Positions 7,995-16,860 of a DNA stretch of 64,000 nt are shown here, in pieces. Below the pieces are notes generated by a model. The model worked only from the letters and a program-made list of their open reading frames with translations. It had not been told where the DNA came from and ran no database searches. This stretch comes from a virus. Both the position numbers and the translations under genes were made by a program. Location: IMG/VR virus record IMGVR_UViG_3300035701_000016, positions 1-64,000 of that record. One strand, written 5' to 3'. Position 1 is the first letter of the stretch. Each line of letters opens with the position of its first letter.

Positions 7995-8477
7995 CTATTC
8001 ATCTTCATATCTGAAGTATATATCTTTTTCAGGATAATCTCTAAGAATCGGATCTCCAGTTTTACATGATCTGATTATTTCGGATCGATTTATTCCGGTA
8101 ATATCTGAGGCATTGTATACTGAGCTATAGATGTATCCAGTTTCCATATTTATAACCTTCTTATACTCAGTAAATCCCGATGATCTTCCTTTTCTGCTCA
8201 TATCCTGACCATTATCTTCATGAGTACCTTGAAATAGATGGGTAGGATTGACACACCAGGGATGATCACACTTATGACATACTAATAGAGTAGAATCAAA
8301 GCTCTGAATTGATAACTTGAAAGATAATACATGAGCTCTCACAACTCTTCCTTCATATCCGAAACATCCATATTCTTCCTTGAATGGTCCTATCCATTCC
8401 CAACAGTCATCAATTCCCTTTATGATAACTTTGGACCAGAATCTTTCTTCATCTTTCTCAGACAATGAAAATTTCAT
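7995..8477 (-). CDS. HNH homing endonuclease with NUMOD1-like C-terminus
   Basis: RFWSKV...CWEW...AH...VCHKCDHPWCVNPTHLFQGTHEDN; C-terminal ETGYIYSSVYNASDITG. Confidence 0.9.
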   Translation of the reverse strand: MKFSLSEKDEERFWSKVIIKGIDDCWEWIGPFKEEYGCFGYEGRVVRAHVLSFKLSIQSFDSTLLVCHKCDHPWCVNPTHLFQGTHEDNGQDMSRKGRSSGFTEYKKVINMETGYIYSSVYNASDITGINRSEIIRSCKTGDPILRDYPEKDIYFRYEDE

Positions 8478-9415
8478 TCGTACTCCACGAATCTAAAGTA
8501 CAAGAAATCCAAATCTGATATGATTCTAGGGTGGACAAATTCCACATCTCCGTAACACGACCATTTTACCCAACGTGGAGGAACTCCTGTGATCCTACCG
8601 GCAGCTTCAACACTGTCAAATATCCTGCCATTGTTGAGACATATTACAGGAAATCCTGTGTATATCAGAGATCTTACACGATAGGAAGCCTCGTCATCGT
8701 ATTTGATGACCTCTTCACGAGTTAATTCCACGGTAGGATAGAAGAATTTGCACTGAAGTTGCCAGCATGACTTTTTGGAATTGTAGACTTTTCTAAATTG
8801 AGCATTGAATAATCTTTCATATTTCATTGAATGAGATGCAATATGTTTAGATAATGACTTATTGTCCATAGTCCAGGGTTCATCGTTATACTCTTCGTGC
8901 TCTTTGTATTTATTTCCTACCACCAGATTTAGATAGTCAACTGGAATCCACAAATCAACTCCAATTTTATTTTCGTCCATCAATTCCTTGATCAGACAAG
9001 ATATGGTATACACTCTGGAAGACCACTCTAGCTTCGTTATGCCGCTATCCCGAAGATATTTTCTTTGAGACCATTCTTCAACTTTCAGTTTCTTTACGAC
9101 TATTACCTGCGGAATGGATGGAATTATTGGATTTTCAGTATTTTTCAAATAACTGCTATACCATTCAAATTCCATGTCACTACCACATTTCTTCAACCAT
9201 TTCTCGCAAACATTCACTATATCCATGTAGAATAGTTTAAGATCCAAGGAAGCACTATCAGGACCGAGATAAATTTTTCCGGTAGTAGTGCAGATAACTC
9301 TCCAGTCTCCGTCGGGTCTTCTCACCCATGATCGCGGATTGACTCTCTTGGAAAGTTTGTCTCCTCGTAACCACTCAGAGTAGTCATGACCTCTTTGGTT
9401 TCTTATCTTAGTCAT
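8474..9415 (-). CDS. Hypothetical protein with C-terminal NUMOD1-like DNA-binding motif
   Basis: VICLNNGRIFDSVEAAGRITGV...SC...FRF. Confidence 0.7.
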   Translation of the reverse strand: MTKIRNQRGHDYSEWLRGDKLSKRVNPRSWVRRPDGDWRVICTTTGKIYLGPDSASLDLKLFYMDIVNVCEKWLKKCGSDMEFEWYSSYLKNTENPIIPSIPQVIVVKKLKVEEWSQRKYLRDSGITKLEWSSRVYTISCLIKELMDENKIGVDLWIPVDYLNLVVGNKYKEHEEYNDEPWTMDNKSLSKHIASHSMKYERLFNAQFRKVYNSKKSCWQLQCKFFYPTVELTREEVIKYDDEASYRVRSLIYTGFPVICLNNGRIFDSVEAAGRITGVPPRWVKWSCYGDVEFVHPRIISDLDFLYFRFVEYE

Positions 9416-9478
9416 ACAACATCCTTCCCTCCCAAGGCACTACCCTGGGAGGGATTTGGAACCGGCTAGACCGTCACT

Positions 9479-9799
9479 CTATTTATTTTTGCTGGCGGCA
9501 GCTCTGGCCTTTTCTTCTTCCGTAATATGAGTTTTGCGGAAGTAGATGGTGGTTTCTTTGGCAGATGTCTGACACTCCAGGCGAATGCCCTGCTTGCGAT
9601 ACTTGGCCTGAGGTCCGTTCTTACCGTTGCGAATGTAGCGGGTGATGCGTTTGATTTCCGGACCGTCCAGGATTCCTCCCAGTTTGTACCATTTGTCAAA
9701 CGGCATGGGATCCAAGTACTCCCACAATTCATTGTACTCTCCATGTGGCCTGAGTTCAACAGGCGGAGCTTCAACCTCTTCAAATGTGAATTTTGGCAT
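9479..9799 (-). CDS. Hypothetical basic protein
   Basis: SD AAAGGA; promoter directly upstream. Confidence 0.75.
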   Translation of the reverse strand: MPKFTFEEVEAPPVELRPHGEYNELWEYLDPMPFDKWYKLGGILDGPEIKRITRYIRNGKNGPQAKYRKQGIRLECQTSAKETTIYFRKTHITEEEKARAAASKNK

Positions 9800-9842
9800 A
9801 TCGTTTAATCCTTTCTTTTCAATTATGGTTGCCCTACAATTT

Positions 9843-9871
9843 ATTATAGCACAGGCGAGCTACTTTTTAAT
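9843..9871 (-). promoter_or_regulatory. Extended -10 promoter
   Basis: Minus strand TGTGCTATAATAAATTGTAG; weak -35. Confidence 0.65.
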
Positions 9872-9875
9872 CATT

Positions 9876-10919
9876 TTATTTAGTCAGTTTAGTAAAGTGA
9901 TTGGTATTTTCCTCAAGATATTCTTCAACATGAGCCAGTCTATCCTCAACGGTAGGAACCCATCCGGAAGGAGACTCGGGAGATGGAGATGCTGATAAAG
10001 ATGGAGATGAAGATACTGAGGAGGATGGAGATGAAGATGGGGAAGATACGGTTGGTTCTTTGTAATTTATCCAAGAATACAGATCTTTCTTGGATAGGGT
10101 AGATATGTTCAAATCAAATCCATTATTGGGATATTTTCCGTTGGGAACTTTTATAGTTCCTCCCGAGAACTGCCAAAATACAGGATCTACAGTCATTCCC
10201 ATCCGGTTAGGTATTCCACTCGGTAGATATTTGGATCTAACTTCTTCCCATGATGCCACAACTGAAGGTGCGGTATAGCTGGCTAGATATGTTCTGACAT
10301 TGGCAGCTTGTAGATTAGGAGCCCACTGAGTAAACATATTAGTTCCATCCGTATTCATGTAAGAATTTATGAACCAAGGAGCAGAATAGACAAAGATCGG
10401 TACGGTACGAATTTCGTGAGCTTTCATTCCGGACCATAGATGCTCAACAAGCATCTTAAAGCTCGAGAATATCCAGTTGGAGGAAATGATCTCTACATTT
10501 TCCAATTTTCTATTTCCGTTGAGAAGTTCAAGATATTGGTTGTAATATCTCCAATATCGCTCAAGATCGAGAACTATACCATAGTAGAGTTTATTGCTGA
10601 GAACTTCTGCCAATTTCATATACTCTAGATCTTGTTTGGGTGGAAGATTTCTGAATCCATCCAGGGTATAATCTGCATGTAGTCCCCATGCTCCGCTATT
10701 GCAGAAGATATATGCTAGAGCCGGAATACCTGCTTTACACATTCCATCTACATTTCCTGCAAAAGTTTTATCATGCCATAAAGATGGGTCAACTTCTTCC
10801 AGAACTTCTGCACATTTGGCAATGCCAAATCTGCAATATTTGGATAAGTATTGCCAGTCAACGTCAGGTTGCCAGTGACTGACATCAGGTCCTATAGGAT
10901 TATCTCCATAAATTCCCAT
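9876..10919 (-). CDS. GH25 muramidase (endolysin) with Ser/Pro-rich C-terminal linker
   Basis: GPDVSHWQ, IAKCAE, LDLE (DxE), YSAPWF, FWQFS, FDLN; start placed at MGIYG (ORF extends to 11021). Confidence 0.8.
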   Translation of the reverse strand: MGIYGDNPIGPDVSHWQPDVDWQYLSKYCRFGIAKCAEVLEEVDPSLWHDKTFAGNVDGMCKAGIPALAYIFCNSGAWGLHADYTLDGFRNLPPKQDLEYMKLAEVLSNKLYYGIVLDLERYWRYYNQYLELLNGNRKLENVEIISSNWIFSSFKMLVEHLWSGMKAHEIRTVPIFVYSAPWFINSYMNTDGTNMFTQWAPNLQAANVRTYLASYTAPSVVASWEEVRSKYLPSGIPNRMGMTVDPVFWQFSGGTIKVPNGKYPNNGFDLNISTLSKKDLYSWINYKEPTVSSPSSSPSSSVSSSPSLSASPSPESPSGWVPTVEDRLAHVEEYLEENTNHFTKLTK

Positions 10920-10959
10920 AGCCTGTATTCTTCCCGAAAGTTTCGACAGAGGAGATTGA

Positions 10960-11223
10960 TTAGTTCTTCTCTGAACTTCCTGTCGATGAAGTTGGTACAT
11001 TTCTTGGCTCGTAAACATCATCTTTCTCCAATCTTATCATGAATAATATGGTAACTCCCTTGGCATCATTCTTTGCGAACAAGTTCATGATCATATCGTG
11101 CATAGCCACTTCGGATACCTTGGGAATCTCCACGATGCCGTTGCTGAATATGGTTCTACCATCTTTGGTGTTGATCAGGTAGGTTATGAAATATCTTCTC
11201 TTATCTCCGTTATTGCTGCTCAT
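10960..11223 (-). CDS. Hypothetical protein
   Basis: ATGA-coupled to the upstream gene. Confidence 0.6.
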   Translation of the reverse strand: MSSNNGDKRRYFITYLINTKDGRTIFSNGIVEIPKVSEVAMHDMIMNLFAKNDAKGVTILFMIRLEKDDVYEPRNVPTSSTGSSEKN

Positions 11224-11681
11224 GTTAGATCTATTTCTCCTGTTTTCTCCAAATATTCGATTATAAGATTCTCTGCTTCCAAAGCATTCTTTGGATACTT
11301 ATTTCCATTACCTACGGTACGACATTCGGCTAGAAGCTGCTTTACCTCCATCAGTACTTCCACTGAGGGATCCATCAAACCTGAACCAGGAGTCTTCAGC
11401 CACATTTTCCATTTGAGAGAAGATATCGGATCACCATCCTCGGCTACACCTGCCATGATCAACATCATGATCGCATCACCCAGTTCTTCTTGAAGTTTTT
11501 TATTATTTACTTCTTTGTGATCATCAGGATTGTTACGAACCCATCCGCCCATCTGAGCTAATTTTATCTCATAAGCTTCTGCAATCTCGGTATGAGCCCA
11601 CATCATAGCTTCCTGAAAATTGGGTTTCTTGAGTTGCCTCAACTCCCAGTACTTCTTAATCATTTCAGTTAAAGAATCCAT
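11220..11681 (-). CDS. MazG-like nucleotide pyrophosphohydrolase
   Basis: TEIAEAYE ... LQEELGD all-alpha NTP-PPase motifs. Confidence 0.7.
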   Translation of the reverse strand: MDSLTEMIKKYWELRQLKKPNFQEAMMWAHTEIAEAYEIKLAQMGGWVRNNPDDHKEVNNKKLQEELGDAIMMLIMAGVAEDGDPISSLKWKMWLKTPGSGLMDPSVEVLMEVKQLLAECRTVGNGNKYPKNALEAENLIIEYLEKTGEIDLT

Positions 11682-11793
11682 ATACTACTCCTATTAGCTT
11701 TACCACAGCCCAAACTATGAGAATGACTAATGCCCAAGATCCGATCAATCCGAATGACCAAACTAGACAAATATCCCAGCGAAAATTCTTCAT
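11665..11793 (-). CDS. Small membrane peptide (42 aa)
   Basis: MKNFRWDICLVWSFGLIGSWALVILIVWAVVKLIGVVYGFFN; SD-like AAGGTAGG. Confidence 0.5.
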   Translation of the reverse strand: MKNFRWDICLVWSFGLIGSWALVILIVWAVVKLIGVVYGFFN

Positions 11794-11844
11794 GAAAACC
11801 TACCTTGCACCAACTAACAAAACCGAAGCAAAATAGGGTACTGT

Positions 11845-11899
11845 GGCATTCTAAATGCCCCTACGAGGCACTACAACGTTCGACAACAAACGCCCTACG
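11845..11899 (+). repeat. Phased 10-bp CTAC/CGAC element, copy A
   Basis: CTAAA 11851, CTACG 11861, CTACA 11871, CGACA 11881, CTACG 11895. Confidence 0.55.
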
Positions 11900-11939
11900 T
11901 TTACCCATACTAGGTCGCCTTGGGCAAAGAATTACAGAA

Positions 11940-12260
11940 CTATAATAACCTTCTCATTTCCTTTGAAGACTTGATCTTAGACTTACTTTTCTTCTTGCCA
12001 GGATTTACGGGAATATGATGATAAGGATTGCAACAGACACTAGTCTCACAAGTATGCACAAGATCAAATCCATGAGGAATAGGTCCAACGGTAAGCTCAT
12101 AAGCGAGTCTGTTACCCGCCATGAGCTTACCGTTGACTGCTACCGAGCCTATTCTGGTATGACTTCCACTCCAGGATATCCAAGGCCAACACTTGTCCTT
12201 ATCCTGGACATAGATGTGTCTCCAAAATCTACGGATTTCCTGCTCGGTCATCTGGATCAT
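11940..12260 (-). CDS. HNH endonuclease (short, possibly degenerate)
   Basis: RFWRH...CWPW...RLAYELTVGPIP...LVHTCETSVCCNPYH. Confidence 0.8.
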   Translation of the reverse strand: MIQMTEQEIRRFWRHIYVQDKDKCWPWISWSGSHTRIGSVAVNGKLMAGNRLAYELTVGPIPHGFDLVHTCETSVCCNPYHHIPVNPGKKKSKSKIKSSKEMRRLL

Positions 12261-12499
12261 TTTGCTACGGGATTTACCTCGATCAAAAACTTTTCCATAG
12301 ATATTTCATCATATCCAGGCTTGGATCTATTCCACATGAAGATCCTTTCTCCTACCGAGAGGAAGACTGGAATTACCAAAGCATAATTCCAACCTTCGTT
12401 GTTGGCAACGACTTCGATATGCTGGAGAAGATCCAGTACGGGATCGACTACTTCAACAATCTTATAATCTTTCTTTTCAGGAACTGGTGAATGATTCAT
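12257..12499 (-). CDS. Hypothetical protein
   Basis: Coupled ORF. Confidence 0.6.
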   Translation of the reverse strand: MNHSPVPEKKDYKIVEVVDPVLDLLQHIEVVANNEGWNYALVIPVFLSVGERIFMWNRSKPGYDEISMEKFLIEVNPVAK

Positions 12500-12882
12500 T
12501 TCTTGTATCCTTTGGAGGAAAAATATCCTAGAATGATTATGAATATTACCATTAGACAGACTAATCCCAATGGTAGAAACCAGTCAGGAATGTAATACCA
12601 GATGTTGGGATTTCCACCGCCAGTATCTGGTAAAGTTTCTACAGCATTACCGGCATCATCACCTTTCGGACCAGCTTTTCCTCCCTTACGAGGAGGAACC
12701 TTAATGCCATCAATCACGGTAGGAGTGGTGACTGGTTCTACCGTATCCGTCGGAGATGGAGGAGAAACTGTATCTGTAGGAGGAATTGCTGTCTCTGTAG
12801 GTTCAGGTGGTGGAGGACAATTCACTACTGCCATGCCGAGCAAGGCTAAAACAAATATGAGTACAAATGAAACTCTTAACAT
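12496..12882 (-). CDS. Secreted Pro/Thr-rich protein with LPxTG-type sorting signal
   Basis: N-terminal hydrophobic signal, PTETAIPPTDT linker, LPDTG, C-terminal TM helix and basic tail KGYKK. Confidence 0.7.
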   Translation of the reverse strand: MLRVSFVLIFVLALLGMAVVNCPPPPEPTETAIPPTDTVSPPSPTDTVEPVTTPTVIDGIKVPPRKGGKAGPKGDDAGNAVETLPDTGGGNPNIWYYIPDWFLPLGLVCLMVIFIIILGYFSSKGYKK

Positions 12883-12883
12883 A

Positions 12884-13774
12884 TTACTTTCCCCATTCTG
12901 TGTGAAATACACACTCTTCTTTTCTTTTATCTTCTCTTAGCCAGCCACGTTTTTGATCAATGGCTGGATGACGTAAGGCTCCGGTAGAGAATCTTACCTT
13001 ACCGTAGACTTTCATTACACGACCCATGAGCTGATCACGATTTGCCCAGACCCAGGCTCTCAAACCATCATCAAATCCACCTCCTACAGTACAGACTGGT
13101 GTTAAAGAACCGTTGATATAAAGACCGCCAATGATGGATCCCAGGGTTCCGTCAAGTCTATTCTTGCCTTCGTTAAATCCAATTATAACATAGTCCATGT
13201 CGACTTCTTTCTTCATTCTACCGAGGGACATTCCTGGGGAAAGAAAGTCACTTTCCTTCTTCCAGACAATTCCTTCGAATCCATCCTCAATATTTACCAT
13301 GGAATTCCAGATCTCATCAAATTCCTCTAATTTCCAGTTGTTTATTGCCATAAAAATTTGACCGAGATTTTTGCCTTCTCTCTCAATGAAATCTGCTATC
13401 ATAATATTTCTAGCACTAAGACAGTGAATACTTACCACTATTCCATCAATCTCAAATGCATCAAATATTATAAATTTTCCTTTTCTACCAGGTTTCTGAG
13501 ACCAGTTTGTTCCGTACATCCATTCGCACAAGAACAGAGATGTACCCCTATAGTCAACATTCTGAGCAAGACGAATGTCACCACCTGAGGTCATTACTCT
13601 CATTATGCCATCGCAGAAATCAACAAGAGTAAACCAACCGTCATATTTGAGTTGAAATGTATCATAAGTAAGTGAGAGATGGATCAGATGCTGTATGGAT
13701 ACATCTGGTTCTATATCTTGCATAGACATCTTGTATGTCCCCAACAGTTCTCTTAACTGATCTTCAGTTCTCAT
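12884..13774 (-). CDS. lig: ATP-dependent DNA ligase
   Basis: LKYDG (motif I), FDAF, FEGIVWK, RMKK, OB-domain VGGGF, LRHP. Confidence 0.9.
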   Translation of the reverse strand: MRTEDQLRELLGTYKMSMQDIEPDVSIQHLIHLSLTYDTFQLKYDGWFTLVDFCDGIMRVMTSGGDIRLAQNVDYRGTSLFLCEWMYGTNWSQKPGRKGKFIIFDAFEIDGIVVSIHCLSARNIMIADFIEREGKNLGQIFMAINNWKLEEFDEIWNSMVNIEDGFEGIVWKKESDFLSPGMSLGRMKKEVDMDYVIIGFNEGKNRLDGTLGSIIGGLYINGSLTPVCTVGGGFDDGLRAWVWANRDQLMGRVMKVYGKVRFSTGALRHPAIDQKRGWLREDKRKEECVFHTEWGK

Positions 13775-14304
13775 TTTAGCATCTCCAGCATTCTCTTGAA
13801 TAACCTCATGGTAAGCATAGCATCAACATGAGCACCATGTAATTCATCTCTGCTATATTGTATTCTCAATGATTCGCAGGCATCTGATAGAGTTAACCAT
13901 CTCTTTGATCCAGTAACGTATTGAAGATACTGCATTACGTCGATGACCAGGACAGGAGCCAGATATCTCTTCAACTCTTTGAATCTGTAGGAGGATTGGT
14001 TCAATACCCTCAGATCAAAATGGACATTATATCCTAACACAATATTTTCTCCGACGAGCTTACCGGTTATATATGACCAGAAGTAGCGAATATCTCTGCA
14101 TCTTACCACCATCTCATCGGTTATGTGGTGGATATGAGAGACCTCTTCCGATATAGGATCTACCGGTTTTATCAACTCATTGAAGATAAGTCTCTCATCC
14201 CACGATACCACAGCCAATTGGATAACCTCAGCCTGAGAATCAATTCCGGTAGTCTCAGTGTCTATGAAAACTATTTTATCCGTATTGAGATAGAAAGGAA
14301 TCAT
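13771..14304 (-). CDS. DEDDh 3'-5' exonuclease (DnaQ-like)
   Basis: FIDTETTG, GYNVHFD, LHGAHVDA. Confidence 0.9.
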   Translation of the reverse strand: MIPFYLNTDKIVFIDTETTGIDSQAEVIQLAVVSWDERLIFNELIKPVDPISEEVSHIHHITDEMVVRCRDIRYFWSYITGKLVGENIVLGYNVHFDLRVLNQSSYRFKELKRYLAPVLVIDVMQYLQYVTGSKRWLTLSDACESLRIQYSRDELHGAHVDAMLTMRLFKRMLEMLK

Positions 14305-14456
14305 TTGCCCTCCTTGCTAGGCGGGGCATTCGCATAAAGTGCTTTCTGTTGATCTTGTGCATCCTTACGAGTAGGATGAGTTCCATAAACTTTTCCGGTA
14401 TCTGGATTATAGACTATCCATTTTCCTGTTTTTAATTTCTTAATATTATATGGCAT
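14301..14456 (-). CDS. Small hypothetical protein
   Basis: MPYNIKK...GTHPTRKDAQDQQKALYAN; SD GAGG. Confidence 0.65.
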   Translation of the reverse strand: MPYNIKKLKTGKWIVYNPDTGKVYGTHPTRKDAQDQQKALYANAPPSKEGK

Positions 14457-14469
14457 GATAATATCCTCG

Positions 14470-14970
14470 CTATAGGAATGAAAAATTATGAGGTGTGAGG
14501 TCAACTGATCTTATCCATTCTCCGGTATTGCAAGAATATGCAATCATAGATCGGTATAATCCTGTACTGGTAGAAGCTTCATTTATAGAATTGAATATAT
14601 CTCCTGTAACATTATCTAACACTTTCTTTCTTTTTCCTCCGTTATGATGAATTTTTCCTCTGGCTCTTCCTTTACTAACCATATCCTGACCATTATCTTT
14701 TTGGGTTCCCGGAAATAGGTGATTGGGATTAACACAACAAGGATTATCACATTTGTGAAGAATACCTTTTCTTTCTGGTATAATTCCTACATATATTTGA
14801 TATGATATTCTATGAGCATAATCTCTATAACCTCTGAAGTAGAATTGACCATATCCTGCTCTAGTTCTGCCACCAGACCATTCCCAGCACTCATCGTCAT
14901 CTTTCCTCACAAATTTTTGCTCGAAATTCAAAACGTCAATAACTAAAATATCATACATTTTATTAGTCAT
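14470..14970 (-). CDS. HNH homing endonuclease with NUMOD1-like C-terminus
   Basis: CWEW...AHRISY...LHKCDNPCCVNPNHLFPGTQKDN. Confidence 0.9.
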   Translation of the reverse strand: MTNKMYDILVIDVLNFEQKFVRKDDDECWEWSGGRTRAGYGQFYFRGYRDYAHRISYQIYVGIIPERKGILHKCDNPCCVNPNHLFPGTQKDNGQDMVSKGRARGKIHHNGGKRKKVLDNVTGDIFNSINEASTSTGLYRSMIAYSCNTGEWIRSVDLTPHNFSFL

Positions 14971-15325
14971 TTCCTCCTTTATTCCCCATGTTTAGAGTTA
15001 TCATTGCCGAGAACTGTTCAGATGCAGATGAATTTTCATTGAAAGCTTTCATGACTATAGCCTGAAGATTTTCTACAGCCTCTGCTATATATTTCTGATC
15101 TGGCAATTCGGCTAGAAACAGGGCTTGAGCTATCATAGAGGCAATACCGATCATACAGATATTGCCATAGCAGTTGTCGGAAAGAAGTTGTACTCTCTCC
15201 AGAAGTATTTCTCTGGACTCAATAAATATATTCATGGATTTTACCATGTCTTCAGGAGATATTCCGAAGGAAGCTCCTGCATCTACCCATTCTTGCTCTA
15301 GATTCTTTCTTTCGAATTCGTTCAT
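14963..15325 (-). CDS. Hypothetical protein
   Basis: SD AAGGAG. Confidence 0.7.
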   Translation of the reverse strand: MNEFERKNLEQEWVDAGASFGISPEDMVKSMNIFIESREILLERVQLLSDNCYGNICMIGIASMIAQALFLAELPDQKYIAEAVENLQAIVMKAFNENSSASEQFSAMITLNMGNKGGND

Positions 15326-15355
15326 TTTAACTCCTTACTAACAGATTTGTTACAG

Positions 15356-15429
15356 TGTCCCCGGTGAGACTCGAACTCACAACCTACAGATTAGAAGTCT
15401 GTTGATCTATCCAGTTGATCTACAAGGAC
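15356..15429 (-). tRNA. tRNA-Arg (anticodon TCT)
   Basis: Canonical cloverleaf: GTCCTTG/CGGGGAC, GATC/GATC D arm, ACAGA-CTTCTAA-TCTGT, GTGAG-TTCGAGT-CTCAC; CCA not encoded. Confidence 0.95.
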
Positions 15430-15488
15430 AAACCGGTTACTACGCACTTGACAGCCTATGCACCGGAAACAGTCAGTTGGGCATTAAC

Positions 15489-16076
15489 CTAAGTATTACA
15501 CTTAGGATTTAACGAGTTAGGGCAGGCATCTGGAAACATCTGTATGTTGATAGAGTCCAGTATTTCCTGATTGAGATCATTGACATCAGTTATCGGTAGA
15601 TAGAGAAGACTAATAAGACCAGGATTCTTGGTGACGGCAGCAAGACCTACAACTATAATCTTGTATCCATTTCCCGGAGATTGTAGAACCTCCTTGAATC
15701 TTTCTGCCAATTCATTGCTTACTCTGAAGGCATAACCTGAGGATCCTTCCTTTAGCAAATGTCCAGTGGAATTGGCAAACATTACCGTCTTCTGCCCCTG
15801 TCCAGACTCCCAGAAATAAGCCCATCTTCCTAGTACTTCGCTGCGCATGGCAAAGTTACCAGGAACTCCCGTTCTTATGGCTTCAACTGCTTGCTCAATT
15901 TCTGCCTGAGATACTGCTCCTCTGGACTCCAGAAGTGGCTTGATTATAGGAGCACCAGCTCTTTCGACTTGAGTAAGCCCCTGCGAGCTTTCCTGAATGG
16001 CGGCACAACCTGTCGAAAGTAACAGGGTGATTAGCAGAGCTAATCTGAATACAAATGACACGTATTGCTGAATCAT
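15489..16076 (-). CDS. Putative lipoprotein
   Basis: Signal peptide ending in lipobox-like LSTG-C; SD GGGAG. Confidence 0.65.
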   Translation of the reverse strand: MIQQYVSFVFRLALLITLLLSTGCAAIQESSQGLTQVERAGAPIIKPLLESRGAVSQAEIEQAVEAIRTGVPGNFAMRSEVLGRWAYFWESGQGQKTVMFANSTGHLLKEGSSGYAFRVSNELAERFKEVLQSPGNGYKIIVVGLAAVTKNPGLISLLYLPITDVNDLNQEILDSINIQMFPDACPNSLNPKCNT

Positions 16077-16077
16077 A

Positions 16078-16287
16078 TTAAGTCTCCCTTTTGTTGCTTG
16101 GAATTTTGAATACCCACCTTCGGAAATCATCAAGAGTTTCAAACCCATGTTGTTTTCCTTGGTATGATGCCACGAAATATCTTTTGCCGTCTTTTCCTGT
16201 AACTCGGACAGGGTTGAATAGAACTTCTATACTTTCACAATATCTTTCCAACTGACGTTTTCCCAACCTTTTCTTATGACTCTTCAT
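16078..16287 (-). CDS. Hypothetical basic protein
   Basis: SD GGAG; directly downstream of a promoter. Confidence 0.65.
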   Translation of the reverse strand: MKSHKKRLGKRQLERYCESIEVLFNPVRVTGKDGKRYFVASYQGKQHGFETLDDFRRWVFKIPSNKRET

Positions 16288-16350
16288 TATGTCTCCATAC
16301 CCTAGTCGTTTTTATCCGGTATTATTTCAAACCTGTTTGGCTACAATTTT

Positions 16351-16379
16351 AGTGTAGCACTAATGAAGGTATTTTGCAA
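16351..16379 (-). promoter_or_regulatory. Sigma70-type promoter of the same family as P1-P4
   Basis: TTGCAA-17nt-TACACT with spacer TTCATTAGTGC. Confidence 0.75.
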
Positions 16380-16388
16380 TCATTTGAG

Positions 16389-16850
16389 TTAATCAATTTT
16401 TGGTCGGTTTACATCTGGTCTCTTATCTTTATTTCTCATCATGAAACCTAGATATGAACTGCTAACTCCATACTTCTTTCCCAAAGTATAGTAACTAATT
16501 CCTCCCCTAGAATATTCTTCAAGAATTTTCTCCAGCAAATCTTTGGATAAGGTAATAGATCTAAATTTTCTGCTCATGTCATCCATGTTATCCTGGTCAG
16601 TTCCCTTAAATAGATGATTGGGATTACAGCAAGAGTGATTATCACATTTGTGAAGAACGCATAGATTATCATCTATATCCTCTACATACCATTCATATAC
16701 TATTCTATTGCATCTAGCCATTTTCCCGTTAACTCTGAATAATCCGTATCCGTCGGTATTAGTTCCTAACCAGTTCCAACAATCATCAATTCCCCTAATA
16801 TCTACTTTTCTCCAGAATCTATCCAGATCATTCTGAGTCATGTCTATCAT
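16389..16850 (-). CDS. HNH homing endonuclease with C-terminal HTH
   Basis: RFWRKV...CWNW...VLHKCDNHSCCNPNHLFKGTDQDN; SYYTLGKKYGVS. Confidence 0.9.
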   Translation of the reverse strand: MIDMTQNDLDRFWRKVDIRGIDDCWNWLGTNTDGYGLFRVNGKMARCNRIVYEWYVEDIDDNLCVLHKCDNHSCCNPNHLFKGTDQDNMDDMSRKFRSITLSKDLLEKILEEYSRGGISYYTLGKKYGVSSSYLGFMMRNKDKRPDVNRPKID

Positions 16851-16860
16851 ATCTAATCTC

